A stretch of 64,000 nt of DNA. It comes from Styela clava. Its lineage: Eukaryota. The stretch is taken from NCBI RefSeq assembly GCF_964204865.1, contig NC_135251.1:21948001-22012000 (forward strand). The letters run 5' to 3'. This document shows positions 15,401 through 27,578 of this stretch, piece after piece; the stretch's first letter is position 1; each line of letters opens with the position of its first letter. Both the position numbers and the translations under genes were made by a program. The notes beneath the pieces are model-generated. The model was given only the letters and a program-made list of their open reading frames with translations, had not been told where the DNA came from and did not search any database.

Positions 15401-18400
15401 TATCTCTCGTTCAATTTTGCATGCTCTATAACTTTGAATACAACGTTCGGTTCTATTGTATTCATTTTTTTTGTTGTGCCGGAATAACTTTTTTCTTGCG
15501 AAAACATTCTACTCTATCGATTTAACGCTTTTCTCATTTAACTCTTTTGAGTTGTCACAAATATTCCCCACCCTATCAAAAATGTTTACAAAAATTATAG
15601 AATTATTATTGTTGTTTGTGGAGTAGGATGTTGCATTGGAAGATTTTCTTTCGAAACTATGTACAACTTACAAGTGAAGTCGCATTTAATATATAAACCA
15701 TACAACTTTAGACTCGACACATATCTCAAAGCTATTCTCGAATGCTTTGACCCCTCGAATTAAATTGTAGACGCCGAGGAAAGTGTTCGACCTGTTGATG
15801 CAATCCAAACCGGCCCTTTCGTTACAGGTTTAACGCTGACGTTGCCCTTTGTATCCACTAAAGCGCGTTAACGTGTTCAACAAGAATGTCAGATTGCAAC
15901 ATCTATTGCCGACGGAGTTTTGAGATTGTTCTAGTCCGTTCTTTAGTATTTTAAAACTGAAATCATTACATCCTGTACGGTTTACACCCGCAAAAGGATT
16001 GCAACATTTATTGCGGAATGAGTTATAAAATTGTTCTAGTCTGTTCTTTCGTATTTCAAAACTGAAATCATTACATCCTGTAGTGTACAGTATCCATCCG
16101 CATTCTTTTTCGTGACTCAGTTGAGTTCGAATTCTCTTGGGTATAGATTGATTGCAAATGAAATATTTCGGACATATCAAGTGAAAATGGGTAATAATAT
16201 TTCATAAGCATTTCAATTTGTCAAGTTTCATTAATCCTCACCTGTGCAATATAACAAGGATTGTTGAATTAGAGTTCTTCCGGTTTACCGTGGTCGTTTT
16301 ATACAGACACTAAAAACTAGCCAGGTTTTGCAAAATGCATATTCTGGATTTAGTCAACCCAGTGGTTTTGAACCTTTTTGCTGGAGTGGAACCCCAATGA
16401 AACATCACAGTTCACAGAGACTTCAGAACCCCTGGATTTTACTGACGAAAGGGTGCAGCGGAACCAGGTTGAAAACCATTGAGTTAGACCAATAGTCCCT
16501 TGCTTATATTAATTACGGTATATTGGCTGCACGGGATTTTTTTCATGACCAACGTCGTTTTGGAGAATGTTTATAAGCTTTCTTGTGTTGTATGAAATAT
16601 CCTCCCTGTACGACGAAAAACTGCGCAACCCGTTGCTGCTAAAATTATACAACTTTTTATTTTGCACGCCATGCTCTTGTAGAGAGAAATATTTGTGGCT
16701 GAGGGGGCGACAATGTATATTTGTCCCCGGTACTTTCCACTGTTTGCTCTCGTGCGCGCGTTTTAGCAGTGAACAAATATATGCTGAGCCGAATAGAACC
16801 CACATTGAATTTGAAAAAGCTTCGAATTGCAAATGTGGGAAACTTTTATGCAAATCTATTGAAACTGTTTATTACTTCTATGCAGTTTCTTTTTGGTAAT
16901 GTAGTAATTTCGTAGCAGAATTCAATTGAGAAAACATCCCCAATGTACGATTATTTTGCGAGAGAATGTGTTTGGATATTTTCTCATATTGCTTCTTATT
17001 GTGTCATAAGAGATTTGTATGAGCGTGGGCGCTCACCTTGCCAGGCTTATAGATATAAAACAAGGTGACTGTAAACAAAATAAACACAACTTCGGACGCT
17101 CGATCCGTGGCCATTGTCCGTCCGCCTACGCATTATCGTTATTGCGGTTCAATCATTGTATAAAATGAAAAAGCAAGCCAATTAGTGTTCCTATAAACGC
17201 GAGTTGGAATTATACTATAATTTTTACATGGAAATTACTGGTTTATTTTGTACAACCATAACTTATTGGTGCTTTTTTTTTAATGCTCGAACGAGCTTTT
17301 ATGCCGCATACATCGCATCTGTAGCATCGATAGGTAAGCAGGTTAACTCGAGTAGCAAGTTTTAAGTTACGCTAAATTAACGTTAATTTAATTCTTCTAC
17401 CTATCGCGTGGGCGTTTTTAAACAAGGTGTAGCGTGCAAGCGAACTGCTTTCTTCTCTGACCTGACCCAAGGGTTTATTTCAGCAAGTGAAACTAAACAA
17501 AACCTTCCGAAATCTACAATTGTAATAACAAAAAGCACGGTTATATTGACATGTCGAATCGTCCTGTTCTCCTCTAAAAATGATAGCGAGTCTCAAGTAT
17601 TAGGATTCGATATAGGATATCCCCGTATTGTTAGTTGATACAGCGTATAGCACCTGGGACTTATGTGGCTTAAAGAATACGTGTAAACAGTATTCGCTTT
17701 TGGAGTGTGTTCGTGGCAGTTCAAAGGTTAAAAAAGTCCATGTTGCATTTCTCCTGTTTCATAATGCCTGGATATTTTACTCTATATTATATTCAGTTGC
17801 ACAACACTGAGAAATTGAAACACTTTGATGCCTCTCACCTCGACTATTAATATACTATCTCATTATATGATCACAATTTTTGCAAGAAATGGTTTTATCA
17901 ACCATTCTGGCTTTACTATTTTAGGTTGGAGTGTCCGCCTCATTTGTAATTCTTAGTTTGCCACAGCCCACGAGACTAATTTAAGTTTTGTACGTACGTG
18001 TGGAAATGCTTTAGAGCTGACTGTTAACCGATGAGCTATTCTATTTTCAATAATTTGCTGAACATTTGGTTGAAGGCAAATCATATCAATAAAGTTTAAT
18101 TTAGATGGGGTAACACAGTTCGACAACCTACGCCAATAGGGTTGAAAAAGCATTTGTCTTCATTCTCGGTAACACTGCAGCACTTATGCGAAAGAAATTA
18201 TTTGCTCGATGCAGTATTGGTAAAAGCAAAATTGATGCGATGACAAAAACTGTTCCATGACAGGAATTCATTCGACTATTGAACAGGAACATTTTTCATA
18301 ATAATATTAGTTTCGCCATTTGTCATCCAAGATTAGGGTAATTAAACAAAAACCGTGAATCGTGAGAAAGTTCATAGAACCTGAAAATGCAAAATTTCAT

Positions 18401-21400
18401 TTATTTTTGGTTTTTACTTCTTCCAAAACGATTGGATCAATAAAATTACTGAAGGATTTGAGATAAATTTAGCATGATATTATTTTTTATTTGAAAAGCT
18501 CCATAATAGATCCTAAGTAGCTGTTAGGGACTCATTACACGAACTTTCGTTTTGTACCGCAAACCGAAAATAGAAACACTCTTATCTTCCTTGAGGGCAT
18601 CTCGACTCCGTTGGTTGGCTCTCAAGTCGCCGCCGGTTTTTGGTGGCGACGCAAAATTTTAAACAATCAAGTTTCAGTAAGGACTAATTATGAATTTGCG
18701 ACCACGCATGGTGCTATTGCAAATGTATTGTATCATGCTTGGTTGGTGATTGGTTTGGGGATTGTGTAAGAAAAGAATCAAGAATACTTATTGAAATTTG
18801 TGTTTGTACTGTTAAATACTAATTCTTCTTGTTATCCCCCAGGTGACCGATCAAATGTTTCCCTTGAGCTTGGTTAGGTTGTGAAAACAAAGAACTGAAG
18901 ATAGACCCCGTGACGTCAATATGACGTGGTTAAGTTGCCAGCTCTTAAAATCTTGTCAATCGCTGCTTATTCTTTCTTTAAGCCGGTTGTGTTGGATATT
19001 TCTGAGTAAAATCGCTCGATATTTCCTTGGTGATGATGTAAACTGCTTAGATCGCCAGTTGCGATAATAATTGATCCACACAAGGCGGGAACAGAACTGC
19101 CTTTGCTTATAGACAAGGGACATTCAAGCTGGTATCGGGAAAGCTAATTTATTTAGATCGGCGTATAATAAAAGTCTGAACGCAAAAATCAACTAACGAC
19201 TTTGACTGTACTACGCCGTTTTTAAATTTCCTGTGCGACTGAACATGCAACAAATTATTCTATATATGATTATATTTATCACTGTACAAACTATATAACC
19301 TTTTACATAGTTCGCACGCTCACTTTAAAGCCATAATAACGATGGCCAATACTACTGATTTAATGCATTGCTGAAACTTTTATACATTTGGACTAAAATC
19401 ATCGTCATTAGTTTATATCGAGGATATAATTTGTGCAACTGATATAGAGTGTGGTGTTACTGCATTTTCCACAGCTTCTGATCCTAATCGGACAAGAATC
19501 GGCCTAATCGGACAAGAACTCCTGGTATCCATGAATCGATCTATCGTAACAGAATGTCATTTGTTAAAATACTACTGTTCTTGCTAGTTAAATATATCAA
19601 ATTTTAACTTTGATTGACTTCCAAAAGTGATTGGTAAAATCGACCTCACTGAGTAGTTATAAATATATAGTATGAAATATATATGAAATATAGTGTGTCT
19701 TTTTTGTTTTTCATCCTTTATGTTATTTGGAGCATTTTCGTGTAGTCTCCCACTTCGATGTTTTCCCCCAAGCAAAGGTATTGACGTAAAAATCACGAAA
19801 TAACAGATAAGAATAATATAATTGTTTATTGTTATATAATATTTGAGTGATTGAATTTCGTTTCACTCACGCATTATCACTAACAATAACGATTTTCGAC
19901 CGTAAACACAGCGAATTCTTATCGATTTCACATAGAAACTGAACTTGACATCAAGAAATACATTCACGGTAATTCTAATTCTACCTTTGATGAAGCGTGA
20001 TCAAAAGAATATGGTTGCAACCGAAAGTTGTTCGTCCGAAAGCTGTTTTTTCGACATGATAATTTAATCTTAGCCTGGAGAACTGTCGTGATAAGATTTC
20101 ATGCATTGAATATTTAATAATGAAAGTTTCAACCTCATACTAATAGAAAATATTCCAGTACATGTTTGGAGGTTTCTAACCGCAGAAATCATTTGACTAC
20201 TCTTTATTCTTCACGAAAATTTGATTTCAAATGTCAAGGAATCTGGGGTCATATGACGCAATATTGGCCAAGGTGATTCCTCTCTATTCCTCTAAATTAC
20301 CCACTTTTCTCGCGCTTCGATGCTGATAGAAAAGTGCATAGTAATCTCATAATTATCTTGTACAAATTTTAACTAATAGACGAATTTGTTTCAAATCTTT
20401 ATTACTTGGAGATGGAAGAGGCTGTTGAACGGAAATTACTTTTCAAATTTTCTATTATCAGTCCCCAATATTTCACCCAAATTTTGTTAGCTTTGGGTAT
20501 ATTGCACCACAGCGTGTCACGTCATTCAATCATGCTGCAAGACCCTCAAGCAGATGAACAGCTCATTGAAATCAAATTGCTCATTTTAAATCCCACATTA
20601 GTTATATATATAGTTTTTCATGTCCATGTTATTGAGCATTGCTCTTGTATTATAGTATGCTTGAAATTGCGAACCTAACAAAAAGAAAATCTTTAACCAC
20701 GGCGAAGAGTATCACGTTAAGTCTAGAATCCCGATTTTAAGCGGTGACATACTCATGAATAATACAACTTTCTAATGTTTTTGCACTATGGGCTTTTTGT
20801 TAGATTTTATTATTCTTCTTTGTCGAATTAATCCATTACATAGACTTCAAATGGTTGCAATTGGACATTAACTTAACATAGTGTAGCATTTATAGTAGAT
20901 TTCCACAGTTTTTTTTTTTGGTGGAAAAGTTCTAGACCGAACTTGCTCAAATAAATCAATGCTGTAACTCGGAGATTCCAATTGAAATTTCTTATGTGGA
21001 TTGTAAAAATTTGTAGCTCATAATATGTAAATTTGATTAAACAAATAATTTTGCCGTTCAACTTAAAATTCTAGCTTATTTTCTCGCGTAAAAAATACCA
21101 AATCCAATCGCCAGCAATGGTTATTAATATTTTTTTGCAATACACATACTGTATTGAATAATTCACTTCTGCGATATACGAGTCTACATTATTTTGTACG
21201 AAAATATTACTGCGAAAAATAAATGAATTACCTGCGCTTTGTCCATCCGTTGCGACGCATTACGTAAAACCACCTGGTTACTAGCGTCGTCATTTTCACG
21301 TTTCTTTGCGGAAAACAGCTGAGAGTTCAATATTACGCCATAGAGACGAAATATATTTATACAAATAACTATTTCTACCAGTGGACTTAGCAAGCGCGTT

Positions 21401-24400
21401 TGTTACTTGATGCTATCATGCCGACTGTGGGTAAAATCGCGTCCCCAGTGTTTGCGTTGCCCAACCGTTGCTAACGAATGACCGTAGGTCGGCCAAGCAT
21501 TCCCCGCATGTAAAGCTTGTTATCAAACGCAAGTTATGTATGGTCCGATTATGGCTATATCAATGATTCTATTTTAAGGTAGCTTCTTTTTGAAGATTTG
21601 AAAGAAACATTCACGTGATTATGTAATGCTTACCGCAATCGTTTTTTATTACTCACATATTTGTGACGTATTTTGCACTGCGGTATTCCCCCAAATCCCC
21701 AGGGTAACGTCGTCGAAATAGACGTTCCGTATTTAGTTTACGCAAGCGAAATAATAAAGGTCGACATAGAGATATATAGCTAAAATAACATAAAATGTGC
21801 CAAAATGGGTAATGTTTCTATAAGGCAGGAGATGATATACAATGGTGAATGCCTTGCAGTTGAGTAAACTTTAATTTTTTATACATAATTTCAACGCCAT
21901 ATCACGATGGGCGCTAGTGATTCTCATTTTTTTCTTTTTTTAATTGTTCACTGTGTATATAAAACGATTTTTGAGACGTGTTGCGACGCCTTTTTGTGAC
22001 CGATTGTACATTATTTGAGATGATGCAATTATCCCGATGTGAAATGAGATCATATTGATATATTTGGATTAGCGCTGTAATACCGTATGTTTGTTTTTAA
22101 TTTCTCTCGTAGCGTGCGCTATTATTCGTACAGATTGTGTTTTTTCAATATTTGTTTTGGCTATTTATTTTCCATTGTTTAAACGATTACACTTCTACCG
22201 CTGTCGAAACATGCAATTTAAGCTTTTCTGATTAAACCCTGTCAATGTCATCGGTTATTCTAAATATGGTATTGATAACACCGATAAGCGTCTCGATTCG
22301 AATCATTTTCGTTATCTGCCCCTGGCGGTATAAAAATCTAAACATGGTTGGAGTGTGGAATCGTGGCAATGTATTCTTTCTCTTTCATGTTGTTACATTT
22401 CGCATTAGCATACGAAACCGCGTGCCAGTTTGGGTCAACATTTACATATTTCGTTTCTTCCTGAAGAAACCTGGTAAATCTCACACGAGAGGAGTAATTC
22501 GCCGTATGTCATATTTTTCGCCAGGACGGTTGAATTTGGATATTTATAGACAACAAAGACTGTTCGCAACCATATTGTAATGGTTTGTCGTCAATCGCCA
22601 CAGGATCCATATCTATTGACCGTCACTTATCCGGTGACGTCAGAATTCACTTTGTTCGATTATCTTGTAATTTTAAGGGTATATGACAGTTCCTAAGTGA
22701 TTTTTCAGGCATTAAGGAAGTCATGACATGTCTGCGTTTTATTTCCCATCATTTAAACGCCGACAATAATTCTTGCTGACCTTGGCCATACATCAGTGCT
22801 CGAAACGAATCATGCTATTCGACGTCTATTGAGAGTTAATAGCAATTTTGTGGAAAGACTCCAGATTGATTCCTAAGAATATTAGGCATGACAATTATGT
22901 AAGCAGCTGATAGTGTTCATTATTTCTCTCTTCTTTTTGCAGTGGTGAGCATTGCTGACTATTATATTATTGCTGGGATCGTTTATCAAGCACCAGATAT
23001 TAAATCTGTCGTAAATTCAAGATTGGTAAGTTGAGAATTCCATTATTCAGCTGGCATGGCTTCTTAGGAAATTCGTGTGATAGCTCGGCACATATTTCAA
23101 GTTGACGTTTGCAAGCTGGGAATTGCGATTAAATGGTCGAATCTGGCCCTTTTCATTTAATAACTGTAGATAAGTTCAATTCTCCAATCCAGTTTATACC
23201 AAATATATGCAATCAAACGGACCGATATGAAATAACAGAAGTTATGATTGTTGTTATTGCAATAACAAACTACTACAGTGAAATATTATCAAACAGAAGC
23301 TCTGATTTACTGTGACAAATTCATTTTATTTTTTGTATACCTTGCAAATTTTCTTATCCTAAACAATATTGTTTATTAGATTTACATAGTATTTTGATTT
23401 TAGACTTCAAGTCTTCATCACCTTGATAGTGCATTTTCTGAAGGTAAGTTGAGTGATTATATTCAAAACAGAATAACAGTGTGGTAAAATAATTAACATG
23501 AGCTGGATTCTCACCAAAAAAATCGGTGCAACAAACAGTCTTGGGAAATTGACTAATTGCAATCACAAGATACATTATAGAATTGAGCATTTTTCACATT
23601 CATGACAGACGTTCAAATGTTAAGGGTATGAAAGCAAACATCCCAACGACATGAAATAGTATTTATTAAATATGTTAATAACAAATGTATTGTTGACTGT
23701 AATATTTCAATGATAAAATTTGGCCACATCAAAATTCATTGTTCGCACTCGTATAATCGGTTATTTGAGACCCCACAAGGTTTGATTCATTCCATATCAT
23801 ATGTCATGATGTGCGAATTATTTGCATGGTGGAATTTTTCGAATTTCTTGCCATCCATATTGAGACTTTCCTAGTAATTTTAAAGCCAATGTGTATGTTA
23901 GGATGCATTAAGTAAATTTATATTTCTTACAAATACTTATTTTCTATCAGCCATTTCATATTCAAGATACCATCCGTCGAAAGGTTATTGGTGGCAATTC
24001 AATGACGATAATAAAACAGAGGGCAAAGAGAAAAAGACGAAAAAAAAGAAAGAAGAGCCCGGGTCATTGTTTCAATGTCGAAGAGTAGATCAATTACTAG
24101 ATAATCTCACTTCGAAATTTCCCCACAAATTTTACCAAGTGAGCAGTTTTAACTTTCTTGGAAATGTTGTATGTAGCAAGGTTAAATGATTTTGAGCCGC
24201 AAATGTTACAACGGTTCGAATTTTTGTAGCGGTGGGTACATGATAAAATAAATTAGTTAACATTTTCAGGTCCAACCGGGAGGACAGCCAGTTCCACTAC
24301 AGAAGGATACCTCTGAAAATGCAGATGCCAAGGCGGAAAGGGTCAATCAACAAACATCTGCGGATGCAACTGCGAAAGCCACCACCGGCGCATTGTCTGG

Positions 24401-24536
24401 TACATCGAATACTCCCGGCAGCATTACTGTGAAATCTTCGCAGTCACCAGCACCGAGTGCTACACAATTGAGAGTAAAGAGTGAGATGAGCGATAATATG
24501 AAACAACCTTTTGAAAAAAGGACTAAATATGTGTGA
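12454..24536 (+). CDS. MED6: Mediator of RNA polymerase II transcription subunit 6 (~285 aa, 7 coding exons)
   Basis: Exons 12454-12472, 13690-13858, 14100-14191, 22943-23025, 23404-23443, 23951-24138, 24270-24536 (858 nt, phases consistent). Peptides [83 protein letters not shown] and [14 protein letters not shown] match recalled MED6. The short first exon (MANPEK) is the least certain. Confidence 0.95.
15892..16082. repeat. Two-copy direct repeat, 105-bp period, in MED6 intron 3
   Basis: gattgcaacat.tattgc...ttgttctagtc.gttcttt.gtattt.aaaactgaaatcattacatcctgta at 15892-15977 and 15997-16082. Confidence 0.85.
16360..16481. mobile_element. Short hAT (Charlie-like) MITE
   Basis: Termini CAGTGGTTTTGAACCT ... 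AGGTTGAAAACCATTG resemble Charlie-type TIRs; TSD degenerate. Confidence 0.65.
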
Positions 24537-24935
24537 CAGAACTGACAATTGAGAAGGCGTGTAGCCATGTTAGCCACTATGCTGCTAAACTCAACACTTC
24601 CAAATATTTTTGCATTAGATATTTGCTTGTTCATGATTTCTTTTTATCAATATACAATGACCACAGTTCAGAAACATGACAAATGAAATGTTGCATTAAG
24701 ACTTGCTTACAGTGTACCTTTTGAAAAAAGGACTAAATATGTGTGACAGAACTGACAATTGAGAAGGCGTGTAGAGCCATGTTAGCCACTATGCTGCTAA
24801 ACTTAACACTTCCTAATATTTTTGCATTAAATATTTGCTTGTTCATGATTTCTTTTTATCAATATACAATGACCACAGTTCAGAAACATGACAAATGCAA
24901 TGTTGCATTATTTTCTAAGACTTGCTTACAGTGTA
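24507..24935. repeat. Tandem duplication (~210 + ~219 bp) covering the MED6 stop, the intergenic region and the METTL12 stop
   Basis: Copy 1 24507-24716, copy 2 24717-24935; both start ccttttgaaaaaaggactaaatatgtgtga and end aagacttgcttacagtgta, with a few substitutions and indels. Confidence 0.95.
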
Positions 24936-25576
24936 TAAAAAATAGTCCCTCACAGATGTAAATTGCTGACAGGAAATGCTGATATTAGAAGTAATATCAT
25001 CTGGTAACCTTTTGGCAGCTTCTTGTAGAAGGTCGATGCGCAGTTCTGGTGGTTCGTCTGTCACTTGTATTAAAACTCCATCTTTGCATAATATTTTATA
25101 GATGTTTGCCAACGCTCTGCTTGCTAGTTCAGTTCCTTTAGGTTGCTTTAATATAGAATCTGTAGTACCTTTATCCAGTGCTGCACAGATACTTCCTGTA
25201 GAGAACACTTGTTGCTCTGCTATATTAGCATGAACAAGAGTGCAGTTTCTGACATTATCAAATTTTGAGTTTCCATCCATTTTGTTTTGAAGCCTCCACA
25301 GTGAATCGATTGCAAAATCCAGACAGTATACTTCAACATCTTTCAGATCATATGCAATGTTTGCCCCAAAAGTTGAGTCTCCGCAGCCTATGTCCAGCAA
25401 GTATGGTTTTCTGTTACCTGGATTATCTTGGGCACTCAGTGCAGTTCTTATCATAGGTAGAATGGAATCCTTCAGATCATCATAATTTGCAAACCATTCG
25501 AAATCTGGGTTAGGTTTAGTGGTTCTATAGAATTGATTCCATGTGTCTAACAATCCAAGAGATGAGTTTATGGAAT
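24915..25576 (-). CDS. CSKMT: Citrate synthase lysine N-methyltransferase (METTL12/CSKMT) domain exon; predicted exon 3 of an NME6-METTL12 fusion
   Basis: FEWFANYDDLKDSILPMI, SAM-binding motif I LLDIGCG, ALDKGTTD, GVLIQVTDEPPELR and YFLYTV align with recalled METTL12 (FDWFFGYDEV, VLDVGCG, LLDKGTWD, LIQFSDEDPDVR, YFAYLI). Preceded by acceptor tgtttcacAG (25577-25578); no in-frame ATG before the conserved N-terminal motif. Confidence 0.85.
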
Positions 25577-25646
25577 CTGTGAAACAATGTGATTTAATAG
25601 TGAGAATTTGTGTGCAACAGAAACTAACCAACTTATATGAAATGTT

Positions 25647-26321
25647 TTAATGAGGTGGTATAGCCTTACTTTTATCCCAATGAAATTGTGTGTTTGTGTT
25701 ATACTCTTTGGTGGAAGCAATGTCGACTGTGTTTTCCCCAAAAATTATCTCGATTTCTCTGTTGGCAGATTCTTCAGAATCTGATCCATGTGTAGAATTT
25801 CTTGTGTCTGTTAAACCATACTCACCCCTCAACGAGTATGGTTCTGATATATTTGCCTGTGAACATAATTGCAAACATTAATAATATGTATCACACAACC
25901 TGCTTATGTTGTTGTGGAAGCGAATTGGGAGCAATATTTTTCTTTCGCCAACAAGATTTACTGGACTAGGTATGCAACAGAATTCCACATTGTAGTTACC
26001 CCCAATCCGAAAAAACTTGACCTTAAAGACTTTCGTTGGACCCATTAGGCTGCGCCAAACTTTTATAGAATCTTGTCCAGCAAGCACTAAAGCAATTACA
26101 GGACCACAAGTAATGTAATCCAGAAGTCTTTCATAGAAGAATCTCTCACTGTGCTGGTTGTAAAAAATCTCAGCATCCTTTCTTTTCCAGTGAACTGTTT
26201 TCTTTCTCAAAATGCGCAAGTTGTTTTTTGAAATACGATCGGTAACTGCTTTCGTTGCGATGGGATTCAGGGCAATATCTGGCTTTAACAATGCGAGCGT
26301 TAATTGAGTCTTTGATGACAT
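25647..26321 (-). CDS. NME6: Nucleoside diphosphate kinase 6 (169 aa stand-alone; exon 2 can instead splice at 25670 to the METTL12 exon)
   Basis: Exon 1 26022-26321, exon 2 25647-25856. QLTLALLKPD, RFFYERL, WRSLMGPTKVF and GLTDTRNSTHGSDS (catalytic His intact) are diagnostic of NME6. Confidence 0.93.
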
Positions 26322-26767
26322 ATTTCATGACTACGCAGTAATCTATTATAATTTTAGGTCTAAATTCAAATATGAAGACAGAAATATTTCAATACAAGAC
26401 TACAATAGTAAATGATATTTATCCAAATAAAGAAAAACCATCAACAAGGCAAATAAACCACTGACATTCATTTTTTTACATTATAGTTTGAGCATGCGAT
26501 TAATAGATGTGCCAAATGGACAAACAAAAGTTTTATATCAACAGTCCCTGTGCATAAGCTGATAAAGTAATGGCACAACAAGCTTTTAATTTTAGATATT
26601 TTTGCTTAAACATGTTTTTATCAACAATTATCTTTGAAGAGTTTTGTCATACTCTGTAAACCAGCAAGCGGTGAAAACATTTACTTATGTTTGCTAACTA
26701 TATATAGTGAGTTTATTTTTCTCTGCAACTGGAAAAGAAATAAATGCAAAAACATGTATAACACATA

Positions 26768-26842
26768 CAGGGTGAGCCAAAAGTAGGGCAACAGTTATTA
26801 CAATATCAACAATTAACTGTTACCTCAATTTGGCCCACCCTG
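26768..26842. mobile_element. Palindromic Tc1/mariner-like MITE just downstream of the NDUFB4 stop
   Basis: TA-CAGGGTGAGCCAAAAGTAGGGCAACAGTTA ... TAACTGTTACCTCAATTTGGCCCACCCTG; CAGGGTG termini. Confidence 0.6.
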
Positions 26843-26874
26843 AACATATATTTTCACACACACGGGGATATGTA

Positions 26875-27465
26875 CTAGTCCATCTGGGCTCGACTATTGA
26901 TACTGGGGTGCAGCGCATGAACATTCTTTTCCATTTTTCTTCGAAGTCCTAACTCGCTATAAGTAAAATACACAATAGTGAGTATTAGGACAACAAATGC
27001 TTTGAAGTAATCATTTGCAGACAACCACTTCGCTGGGTCATCCAGTGTGTAGTAAACACTTCTAACTCTGTTGAACTTTGCAAACATAGGATCGGAAGTG
27101 ATAAGATTAAAATATCTCCAATTAGTGGGATGATACTTCTTTGTCCAAAATTCTCGCCTTAGTCTTCCACGAATCGCTTGCCTCTTTTGGTGCGCTTTCA
27201 GATCCTCCGGGGTCACATTTTTACAGTTTTCGGGGTCAATTTCAGCCGGCATATCATGAGCCCAATCAGCTCTGAAGTCTTTGGTAGGAGCTAAATATTT
27301 TGGAAATAGTTGTTCACCCATAACTTCCGAGTATTGCTTATAATCGATTTGTTTCTCCAACTTGCCATCTTTTGCAGTGACGGATGGTAATGTCGAAAAT
27401 CTTTTATTAGAACAAAGATCCATCATGGCCCTGCAAGCAGGGTAAGGCACCTTCAATCTCAACAT
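26875..27465 (-). CDS. NDUFB4: NADH:ubiquinone oxidoreductase subunit B4 (B15)-like, single exon, with N-terminal extension (196 aa)
   Basis: FPKY...MPAEIDP..NVTPEDLKAHQKRQAIRGRLRREF...HP...DPMFAKF aligns with recalled NDUFB4 (FPKY...LPETLDP..ISPE.RRAQAERLAIRAQLKREY...DP...NPALLRW); one TM segment near the C-terminus. First ATG at 27465 (the ORF track starts at a TTG). Confidence 0.8.
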   Translation of the reverse strand: MLRLKVPYPACRAMMDLCSNKRFSTLPSVTAKDGKLEKQIDYKQYSEVMGEQLFPKYLAPTKDFRADWAHDMPAEIDPENCKNVTPEDLKAHQKRQAIRGRLRREFWTKKYHPTNWRYFNLITSDPMFAKFNRVRSVYYTLDDPAKWLSANDYFKAFVVLILTIVYFTYSELGLRRKMEKNVHALHPSINSRAQMD

Positions 27466-27578
27466 CCTCAACGGCTATTTTGTAACAGCGGTAACACCGT
27501 ACCGTGCCCTTCGTACAAGATAACCAAATCCGTGAACACATCACTGCCGTCCTTGGGCGCCGCTAGTGGGCCAAATCA

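Noticed and set aside
22440-22475. GFFRKKR on the minus strand, resembling an integrin-alpha tail
   Set aside because: Flanked by stop codons with no transmembrane segment; chance match.
24270-24536. C-terminal -YV suggesting a claudin or PDZ ligand
   Set aside because: The upstream exons are clearly MED6.
25577-25631. TTG-initiated N-terminus given for the METTL12 ORF
   Set aside because: This stretch looks intronic (branch point, pyrimidine-rich acceptor) and has no ATG.
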